Shown: positions 25,801 to 37,394 of the stretch, in pieces
Position numbering within the stretch: position 1 is the first letter of the stretch
Layout of the letters: every line of letters starts with the position of its first letter
From: Eledone cirrhosa
Lineage: Eukaryota
Assembly: GCA_964016885.1 (NCBI GenBank)
Contig: OZ024755.1
Coordinates: 930,001-994,000, forward strand
Reading direction: 5' to 3'
Length of the DNA: 64,000 nucleotides
Notes under the pieces: model-generated
What the model saw: only the letters and a program-made list of their open reading frames with translations
Database searches by the model: none
What the model was told of the DNA's origin: nothing
Program-made: the position numbers and the translations under genes

Positions 25801-28695
25801 ATTTTTTATCTATTTTTAGTTAGTCTTCATCAACAGTATTACATGCATATTTTGTGTGAGCTAGCTCAAGGGATCTTTTGTTACCTTAGTTTTCCATTTG
25901 TTATTTTTGTATGGAAATTATTTGTTAATTGTTACTTAAATTCAATGCTTAATTTAAACTCATTTTAAATTCTTTTCTTCATTTTTTTTTTTTTTTACAG
26001 TTGACTGACAACTATGTTAAAAACATCAAACATGCTTGTGTCACACAGCAGGATATTAATGTTGCCATGAATGCTGACAAGGTATGTTTATAAGACTGTA
26101 AAGTGTTTGGTGATAGGAACAGTATCCAGTTATGGATAGGTTGCCAGACGGTTGGAAGGACCCTTTAGTTGCATTAAAGACACAACAACCTCCTTAGTGT
26201 TGGTGGTAGGAAAGGCATTCAGCCATTAAAAACATGCCAAACAAAGGATCAGGAGACGACTTTTCATCTGTGTCAAAGACATGGAGGCTTCCCTAGTGCT
26301 GGTTACACAATAATATGTACTCAGTAAAGTGCAGGATTGTATGTAAGCAAGCTGCAGGCTTTGGTCCAACTGAGTCGCTCCACTTGGCTACAGACAGTCT
26401 GTGAAGACCCGTCCAACCTTTGTTGCTAGCAGAGAAAACAGTTGTTAGATAATAATGATAATGATGACGACTTTATATAAACAATGAGTTTCATTCTACA
26501 TTTTTCAGGGTCTCATGAATCTTTTCTTTCCTGATGATGATGATAACCCATCGCTAATGCTTGAAGAAGAACCAGTTCGACGAGATTCATTGTCATATGA
26601 AGAGATTGTTAAAGATTTTATCCTTGAAGAGAACCAGTACCTTCGAGATTTAAATATGATAATAAAAGTATTTGCTGCACCATTTGAAAAGGTTCTTCAG
26701 GCAAAAGTAAGAGGTATTTATTTTACTAATGCACCAACACAGTATGAACTTCTAAAAATAATATTTACGAAATATATATATATATATATGTTCTGTCGTG
26801 CATAACAGTGTGGCCTATTGATTGTTCTGAGTTCAGATTGCATCTCTTGTCACTGGAAAAGTAGTGACATGTTAGGACTGGAGTCCCCTAACATTAAAAC
26901 GCACAAGAAACTTCCTATATGATACCAGCTAAACCTGTTGGTATTAGTTTGACAGTCATTAATAAATTACTAATATAACAATCAGTTCAATTCCTATAAT
27001 TTTATCTCTAATGTCTTTGAAATATCCAAACTGATTATTATATATATATTGTCTTTCAGAAAATGGAACTATTGTTTAGTAATATAAAAGACATTATGGA
27101 ATGTAGTGCCAACTTACTTAGTTCAATTGAAGACCAAATGGAAATAGCTGAAGAAAATGAAGCACCAACAGCAGGAATACCATTTGTAGAAATGGCAGAA
27201 GTAAGGAACTTATATTATACAGGGGCCTTCAAAATAATTAGATATCATTTGAGATAGAAATATCCCAGAAATTGTTCATGGAATCCACATCCTTTGAATT
27301 ATTTATTCAAATGTTGAGTAATAAATCTTATGTTGCTCAACATTAATCCTGCTCAGTCTTATTGTCCTAGACTCTGTAGTTTCTGGGATATTTACATCTC
27401 AAATGATATCAATTGTTTTAAAATATATATTTTGAGTAACACGCGCACATACCCTCACCGACACACACCCACACACCCACACACCAAAAAATTACTAGGT
27501 TTACAAGTTTGTATTTTTATTATCATTTTTAACATTAACCTTTATTTACGAAACTGCCTGAAACTACCCTTGGGTCTATGATACAAGGATGTTTATTGTA
27601 AAATGTTTCAATTTATTTTAAAACTTTCATGATTTTATGTAAGAACATTTGTTAGGTTTCGAGCAGCAGTTTAATAATGAGATGGCTGTATCACTAAAGA
27701 TCTCCAAATTCTTTACTATTTTCTAAATCATTGAAGTTTTTCATTAGAAATATGATAATAAAGGGTTAAGTAATGATAACATAAAGACATTTTTATTTTT
27801 ATGCAGAATTTTCTTTTAAATATTAATATGCATATATATATATATATAAATGAAGTAATTCTGTCGGAAAAGTCCAGGAAAAAAGAGTGCTCTATGTAGG
27901 TAACAGAGCTTAATAGTTATGTAATAAACAACATAAGGCAATTATATCATTTACCAGTGGTTTCTTAAAAGCAAAAAAATTTTGCTTTCAATCATCAGAA
28001 TGAGAAAATACTGGTGTATTTATTGACGTTGGTTTTTAAAATCCAACGTCAATAAATACACCAGTATTTTCTCATTCTGATGATTGAAAGCAAAATTTTT
28101 TTGCTTTTAAGAAACCACTGGTAAATGATATAATTGCCTTATGTTGTTTATTACATAACTATATATATATATAAATCAGGAAAGAAGGTTTACATGGTTT
28201 GCTATACAAAAAAGTTTTTAATCACATAGCTAACATTTGTTTCACTGAGCTGGTATGTCTAGAGATCGCTATCCGCCTAATTTTGCGTCACTCGATCGCC
28301 AATACAGAATTATAACCAGTCAGATCTTCGGAGCATGCGAGAATGAAGAAAATACACAGGCAAGAAAAGAAAAGAAAATATGGAGTAGCTATGGCATTCA
28401 ATTAGAACAATAACAATAACAATTATTACAACAATGCTATCAATAAACTATTTAAGGAGACCCTGACATTACTTAGGTGGGGGGTATATAATGTATCTAA
28501 TGTTACGGCGTGAAAACCAGCTGTCATAAGACAAAAAGTATCGTAGTGTGTATCAATTTTAAATTATAAAGATAAGCTAGTTTTTACAGTCTTTCTCTTC
28601 ATCTTCAACAGTATACATGAGTGGGACCACTGCCAAAGCTCAATAGTTGTAGAGTTAATACAGAGGTTAACGAATTAACATACGCATATATCTAC

Positions 28696-28732
<37 letters not shown>

Positions 28733-31700
28733 AATATATATACACATATATGTGTACATAGACACATACATACACATCAATATACACTCGTACAAAAATA
28801 TACATACATGCAAAGAGAAAAGCGTGCTAATTGTAATTATGGCAAAAAGAAGGTAAAGTAACATTGTAGTAGTGAAATGAGAAAAACTAGGATCTAGGAT
28901 CAAATGATTGCAGCAGCTGAGAAGGAGTAAGATTGTTGGTAGATGAGGTACTTACAGACAATTGTGTGGTATAGACTTGTGAAGGAAATAGTATACTTAA
29001 TGAATATATTTCTGTGGGTAGTAGGTATCCTAATTTAAAGCTATGTTATGTTGGTTCGATTCACGGAGGTTTGAATCTTATGAATTTAGTGGCTATTCTA
29101 TGTCTGCAGAAGATAGATCTTTCTAACTTATTATTAAGTAGCCTTTTAACATTTCTAAGGATATACAATAGCTCAAGATCACACAGCCCGCAATAGCACA
29201 TCCCTGTACTATAGGTTTTAGCAGCCGACAACTTCGACCAGTTGATAGTGTAGCTAGTGTTGCTGTCCTTCAATTCCCATATTTTTCTGGCGAGGGTGGT
29301 GGAACCCATAAGTGCTCGGTTTTTCATTGAGTGCCTGTGCACATACCATCTTTTATTAAAAGAAAACTTTTTTGTATAGCAAACCATGTAAACCTTCTTT
29401 CCTGATTTATTATTACTCCAAGTGTTTACAACATAGGAATTACAGCATACCCGTAGCATCACTATGAAAACGCCTTGTTGAGTCAAACCAAGCCAAGCGT
29501 TAATATCCACTACCTGGAATACCATAACTGGACTTCACCTAAGTGGACTGCATTTAACTATTATTTGTTAATCTGTATATATATATATATATTTATTTAT
29601 ACATTTTTATATATTTTTAGGAAGAAGAATTTTTTGTTTATGAAAATTATATGTCAGATATGGTTTCACCTGTCGGAAGAGAGCTTCATGATACACTTTT
29701 ACAGTTGACAGAAACTATAGACTATCATGTGAGTTCTTAAGATTTTTCTACTTCTTCACCCATTTATTCCTGGAAGGGTTGTGGGGCCAGAGTCCTGAAA
29801 CGCTCCTTCCAGCAGGTATGTCAGAAGCAACGGTCTCCAATTAATCCGGCTAGATCTCCAAGCGAGACCGAACTCATGGATGTTATCCGAGTATCTAGCT
29901 CTGAGTCTGCCCCTGAGTCTCCTATCAGTTGGTTTTGCCCATAAAATCTGTCCAGCGATTCTCTCCTGAGATATTCTAACCTGTAATATCGGAGTTGTGA
30001 TCTCTCAATTCAGAGATGTAGCAACTCTACCTGGCGTGACTCACTGATCTCAAAGCTATACAAATACTAATTAATGTTACTAATTAATAAGCCAAATTGT
30101 TAGTTATGAAATCCCCTCCCAACTCTGGTAAATCAAACATTAAATATATATTGATTTTTTTTTTTGATTTTTTTTTTTTATTTACTTTAGACTTACACTT
30201 ACAATTTCAAAGATGCTGTCAAATATGTACTTCCAAAACTGCTGCTTGGACCAATTTACCACTTGCTGCATTATTTTGAGGTCATGAAGGTAGGCCATAT
30301 TTCATTGTTGTTATTCTTCATCAGTCATAATTATATGTGATGACATGGCAAAAAGTACCCAGTCCACCCTGTAAGGTGGTCGTGTTGGTGACACAACAAA
30401 AAGCACCCAGTTCAACCTGTAAATGTGGTTGACATTAGAAATGGCATCCAGCCATAGAAACCAAACCAAAAACATTTCTGTATGAACAAGACATGGTCAC
30501 CCAACCTCACTTGTCTCACAACAGGACAGCTTGTCTAACCCAAGCTAGCATGGAAAATAGACATTAAATAATTATAATGATGATTATATGCTGACGTAGG
30601 TTGGATAGGTTGCCATTATCTGTTTTAGTTCTTATCTGGAATTACCTCTCCCCTGAGCCAAAGGGAAGAAGTAAAATGTGGTGGTTGGAGAATGATGGCA
30701 CTGAAGACAGAGTAAAATGGAGAAGCTTGTTATGAGACCCACATTGTTGGTACCGGAATACCAGAAAGGTGGGTTTAATGTGTTAACCCATTAGCATTTA
30801 AACCGGCCATATCCGGCCAGAATTCTCTCACTTCTTTCTGTTCAAGCTGGCTGTAACTGGCAACACATACAGATATTAAGGTATTGTTTTCAAAATAAAT
30901 AATAACAAAATCTCAGAGTCAATATTTCGTGAGATATTTCGTAAGATAAAGCCTTTACCACAAAAATACAATAGTATATATAGAATAATGTAAATGCTAT
31001 GTGAGGTAAAGCCTTTACCACAAAAATACAATTGTATATATAGAGTAATGTAAATGCTAAAGGGTTAAACAATGTTTTGCAATTTTGTTGAAAATAAAAT
31101 ATTCTGAGTTAATTTATTCTAATCTTAATTTGTTGCCATAAATCTTACTTTAGTTAATGATATAAGAAAATGTTTATAATTTATAGAAATTTGGATCTAA
31201 GGATTTTTTTGTTTTAATTGTTTAATATTGGTTTTATTTCGTGTAGATGATGCAAGACACAAGTCCTAATGAAGAAGATAAAGAGTTCTTAGGGCAGGCA
31301 ATTGGTTTAATGGTTAATTTAAAAACATCTGTAGAAAAAAAGTTTGGAAATAATCTTGGTAAACGAAGACCATGGTGAGTTCTTCCAGAGTATTTACATT
31401 TAACAGATTCTCTTTAAAAAGAAACTTAACAGTCAACAACTTAATTAGTTTTGAGCTATTAAATACTGAAGTGGTTCATTTTAATCAGAAACAACAACAG
31501 TATTTAAGTGACAATGCTGAATACATCATTTAGGGTCTTTATCCTATTTTATATTAACTTTATCGTCCCAGTGTTTCTTAAAAGTCCTAGAGATCGACTG
31601 CATATATGATTGTGTATGTATATAAATATAGTTATGTAATAAACAACATTAGACAATTATTCCATTTACCAAAGGTTTCACGAAGACAGATGAGAATATT

Positions 31701-32280
31701 AAATAATTTTTCATTCTGATGAGCGATTTCAGACGTCTGTGTCGAGCTCATCTGTCTTCGTGAAACCTTTGGTAAATGGAATAATTGTCTAATGTTGTTT
31801 ATTACATAACTAAATAGCTCTGTAGCTTACATAGAGCACTCTCTTTTCCTTTACCCTTTGTACGGAAATAATGTATATAAATATATATATAGTAAACAGA
31901 AATAACAGAACAAACGACAGTACAATGAAGAAATAAGTTTAACACTTGATATAGTAGGAAGATATATGAAATGGATGTTATTTTTATTTCTAGGGAAACC
32001 TCTTTACGATTACAAGGTCAAAGTGGGCGACAAGCAGCATTGGCCAAAATGAATGAACTTCAGAAAAGTATCGATGGTTGGGAAGGCAAAGATATTTGGC
32101 AAAGCTGCAATGAATTTATTATGGGTAAGTTACTACAAAAAACACAAACACTCATACTTAATAGGTTTATCTTATTTCACTAATTTTTTTGTCTTTTGTC
32201 TCGTAACTCTCGATGGAGGCATATGATATTGGTAACTTTAGTACTGCATTATGTAGTAAGGGGAACATTAATCTCGGCGA

Positions 32281-32311
<31 letters not shown>

Positions 32312-35300
32312 GAATTACTTCCTTTGGCGTTCATTGCATTATGTAGTAAGGGGGAGATTACCCTATTGGCGATTATTTTTTTTCAATGAATTCACTTGGC
32401 ATAGCATTGTGTATTAAGGCGGAGATTACTCTAACGGCAATTTTTAATGAATTATTTCCCTTGGTATTACATTATATAGTCAGGGGGGAGATTACCCTAT
32501 TGGCGATTTGAAAAGTTATTTTTAATGAATTACTACATAATGCAGTTCCAAGGGAAGGGTTGGTTGCTCTATCGGCAATTTTTTTTATTTATTACAGATT
32601 TTTACAACAATCCGTTAGTAAAGAAACCATAAACATTTGAATTAACAATGTTTTCTGGACATTTCCTCCTAAACCATTACAGGATGTTAATAGTTGAAAT
32701 ATTGTTGATTTTTCTTATATTCTTTTTTCTGTATTTTTTTTTTTTTTTTTTTTTCATTTCTTTTGTAGAGGGAATTTTACATAAATATACTGGCCGCCGT
32801 CCCACAGAACGGTACGTGTTCCTCTTTGATGGTTTGCTGGTATTATGTAAGCAAAATCTTCGAAGGTCTTCAACAATGGGACCTGCACCAGAATACAAAC
32901 TCAAAGAGAAACATTATTTACGGAAGATTGAAGTAGTTGATAAAGAAGATAGTGAAGGTAATGTGCAGAGAACTGACATTAAGGCAGTTTAAATGTAATT
33001 ACCTGTGTTTCAATAATTCCTTTAAGATTTTTTTTACAAAATACATTTCTAACCTGTCAATGCTTTGCTGAGGAGATCTAATAAGATGAAAACCTGTCTT
33101 CTCCAACATCTATATCTATAGAGAAAGAGAAGACAGATTGGTGAGATGCTGCAGTGGAGAAGACTCAACATAAAACTGTGACTTGATCCATCCATGCCCT
33201 CTTTCCACTTTTACTCCTTAGTAACCTTTCTCACTATCACTGTATACCCCACCCTAATTTTTAAATCTTAATATGCTAAGCATAGCTGTTCTTATCACTT
33301 AAATATCTTTTCTTTATTTTCAGAGTATAAGCATGCATTTGAAATTCAGATCCGAGACCATCCAAGTATAATAATGTTGTGTAAATCTGCCGAAGAAAAG
33401 AATACATGGATGGCTGCATTAATTTCTCTACAAACAAGGAGGTTAGTCTGCCTTTGTCACTATTGAATTTTAGATTTAATATCATGTTTCATTATTGATT
33501 GGAAAGGTATGTCAGAATAGTGAAGGTGTATCCTCCAGGGAAACACCTTCTCTATTCTGTACGCCAGGGCTGCAAGGCAAAGAAAAAAAAACGTCACCAA
33601 TTATTTGTAGTTTTTCCTTCTCTAGAACATCTTTGTCATTTATTGCTGCCAGTCAAAACATTTAACATTATTTACTATATTTTTCAGTATGTTGGAACGG
33701 ACTTTAGACAATATTTTGAAGGAAGAAGAGAAAGAACACCCATTACAATTACCCCCACCATTTATATATAAGTGAGTATTGCTAGAGGAAGGGGGTTATG
33801 TTTTTTTATTTATATGAGTATTGCTGGGACGTTTTTTTAAAGTTTTCTTCCCAGTATATTTTTTAAAAGCATCAACCAATTTCATCCTTTGGATTCTCAT
33901 TGTACCCCTTTTTTTTTTTTTTTTTAGATCATCAATTTCTAGTTTGGGGATTGTTACTGTAATGTAGTTGGCAGTAGGAAGGGGATCCAACTGTAGAAAT
34001 CAAGCCAAAATACAGATCTGTATGAGCAAGACATGGTCAACTGACCTGACCTTAATTATCTCACAACATGACAACCCATCTAACCCATACAAGCATGGAA
34101 AATGAACATTGGTGATAATAATTATTTGAGGGTCCTGCTGTGTCCATGGAAAATTTCTATAATTGGAAGCCTTTCAGTAATGGAAGACATTCACTGACTT
34201 AAGTGTTTTGGGGGTGAAGACATACACACAACACACACACATAAACGATAGACTTTTACAGAGTTTCCATCTACCAAATTCATTCACAAGGTATTGGTCA
34301 GTCTAAGTCTATAGAAGAAGACACTTGCCCATTGTGCTAAGCAGTGAAATCAATCCCAGAATTCCATGCTTTAGACCTGAACTTCTGAACTACATTGCTA
34401 TGACTATTATCTAATCAATGATCAGAGAAGATACTTGCCTAAGGTGTCACAAAGCGCTAACAATGCTAACTTGATGTAAACCAGTGAAAAATAAATAAAT
34501 CTTTCCAGTTATATTTATTTCTTCCTTCATGTTCTTCATTAGATTTGCTGTAGAAGACTCCAGTGACAATATTGTGTTTGAAGAGAACCAAGAAGCAAGT
34601 GGAGAGAGTCCGTTAATTAAGGGAGGAACTCTCCTTAAACTTGTTGAGCGACTCACCTACCATATGTATGCTGATCCTAAATTTGTACCAACATTCCTCA
34701 CAACCTATAGATCGTTCTGTACACCACAAACACTGTTGGATCTTTTAATTGAACGGTATGATTCACAATCTTTTTGATAAGTTCTACTTTAAAACCTTTT
34801 CACCACTTACATCATATTTCATTTAGAATTAAAAATATGAAGATTTATATAATTACTACAACTACTTCTACTAGCACTACTAGCGTTTCGATCCATAACT
34901 TGTTATACTCGAGGGGGGGGGGGGGGGATCCCAAACATAAAAAAGAAATCACTTCTCAAGAGGAGATTTTATCTTGAAGATTAAGGTTGTGTTTGAATAA
35001 AGAGCAGGTAAAACAACAGCTTTGTTACCACACCTTTCACATTGTCGCAGCCTTCCAATTACACACCTTATACTTAAGGCACAATGCTTCAACTTAACTA
35101 CAACACTCTCTTAGCTCTACTATTCACATTACTCTATATTTACTATTGTATTTTCACAGTAAAGGCTTTACTTTACATAATATCTCACATAACATTTACA
35201 TTACTCTATATTTACTATTGTATTTTCACAGTAAAGGCTTTACTTTACATAATATCTCACATAACATTCACATTACTCTATATTTACTATTGTATTTTCA

Positions 35301-37356
35301 CAGTAAAGGCTTTACCTTACATAATATCTCACATAACATTCACATTACTCTATATTTACTATTGTATTTTCACAGTAAAGGCTTTACCTCACATAATATC
35401 TCACATAATATCTCACATAACATTTACATTACTCTATATATACTATTGTATTTTCACAGTAAAGGCTTTACCTTACATAATATCTCACATAACATTTACA
35501 TTACTCTATATATACTATTGTATTTTCACAGTAAAGGCTTTACCTTACATAATATCTCACATAACATTTACATTACTCTATATATACTATTGTATTTTCA
35601 CAGTAAAGGCTTTACCTTACATAATATCTCACATAACATTCACATTACTCTATATATACTATTGTATTTTCACAGTAAAGGCTTTACCTTACATAATATC
35701 TCACATAACATTTACATTACTCTATATATACTATTGTATTTTCACAGTAAAGGCTTTACCTCACATAATATCTCACATAACATTCACATTACTCTATATA
35801 TACTATTGTATTTTCACAGTAAAGGCTTTACCTCACATAATATCTCACATAACATTTACATTACTCTATATTTACTATTGTATTTTCACAGTAAAGGCTT
35901 TACCTTACATAATATCTCATAACATTTACATTACTCTATATATACTATTGTATTTTCACAGTAAAGGCTTTACCTCACATAATATCTCACATAACATTCA
36001 CATTACTCTATATATACTATTGTATTTTCACAGTAAAGGCTTTACCTCACATAATATCTCATATAACATTTACATTACTCTATATATACTATTGTATTTT
36101 CACAGTAAAGGCTTTACCTCACATAATATCTCACATAACATTCACATTACTCTATATACACTATTGTATTTTCACAGTAAAATCTGAGATTTATATATTA
36201 TATATTTTGAGAACACTACCTTAACATCAGTATGTGTGGCCAGTTACAGCCTGTTTGAACAGAAAGAGGTGAGATAATTCTGGCTGAATATGGCCAGTTT
36301 AAATGTTAAAGGGTTAAATTATATTTTATTTTTGTTGCAACTATTTTTAGATTTGATATTCCTTATTCGGAAGTGAAGCTACAAAGTGATGACAACCCTT
36401 CTTCTGGTGACCCCACCTCCCTTTCTTTACGTGATCTCAAACGTCTTCGAAAAGAATATATCAAACCTGTGCAGTTTCGGTAACTATTATTTATATTTTA
36501 TCAGTTCACTTATCTCGAATTATTAAATTGATTTATTCAGACTGCTTTCCTCATCTTGGTTGTTGTAATCACAACATTTCATCTCGTCCCCCGTCATCTC
36601 GTCCCCCATCATCTCATCTCCTTCAGGTGACTGTCAACCTGTCATGTTTGGAAATTTTCACAGAATTATAAACTAACAGTGGTTTGTGTTCATCTTGTTG
36701 TCTTAATGAAACAATTCATAATAATTGTTTCTACTTTTGGCACAAGGCCAGCAATTGTGTTGAGTATTTCACTGGTACTGTATTTTGTTGACACCGAAAG
36801 GATGAAAGGCAAATAACTTGTTTATTCTTTTCTTTTACATTTTCAGAGTTTTAAATGTTTTACGACATTGGGTAGAGCGCCATTTCTATGACTTTGAAAG
36901 AGACCAAACCCTTCTTCAGAAACTCTTCAATTTTCTGGAGAGGATTCAGGGTAAAGCTATGAGGAAGATGGCTCGGTCGATTACAAAAGTAATTCATAGA
37001 AAGGTGTGTGGCTTTTTCTTTTATTCTTTTATTCTTTTACTGGTTTCCGTCATGTGACTGAGGTTATAGCCATTTAAGTATTTAGTTGACCTTTTCGGTG
37101 GAAAAAGATTGCTGTTAGCACACGTGTGTAGGTTTACATGCCCCATTATTAGTCTATATTGTTTAATCAATGTTACACTGAAGCTTCTATTTCTCCCCCC
37201 CCCCCCCTCTCTCTCTCTCTTTATCTATCTATCTATGTATATATATATATATATATTTAAATATATTTATTAAAATATCAGATTAAAGTTTAAGCAAAGA
37301 ATTGCTTTCACCCTTATCGAGCCCTCTTGGATTTTAGTCTTCACATTTATTATTAT

Positions 37357-37394
<38 letters not shown>

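Larger units (their letters stand above)
27848..28162 (-). mobile_element. Penelope-like inverted pseudo-LTR (fold-back) element, non-coding, flanked by (TA)n
   Basis: Perfect 120-bp arms 27913-28032 and 28043-28162; hammerhead in each arm; single-copy tail 27848-27912 shared with the elements at 3.9 and 31.8 kb (GGAAAAAGAGTGCTCTAT...ACAGAGCT). Confidence 0.8.

Noticed and set aside
33068-33098. CTGAGGA-gatct-aata-agat-GAAAAC-ct-GTC hammerhead-like motif
   Set aside because: Stem I cannot pair and there is no inverted arm or tail; at most a heavily decayed remnant.
35084-36187. 367-aa and 258-aa hydrophobic repeat ORFs
   Set aside because: Translation of the 72-bp MITE-derived array inside a SOS intron.
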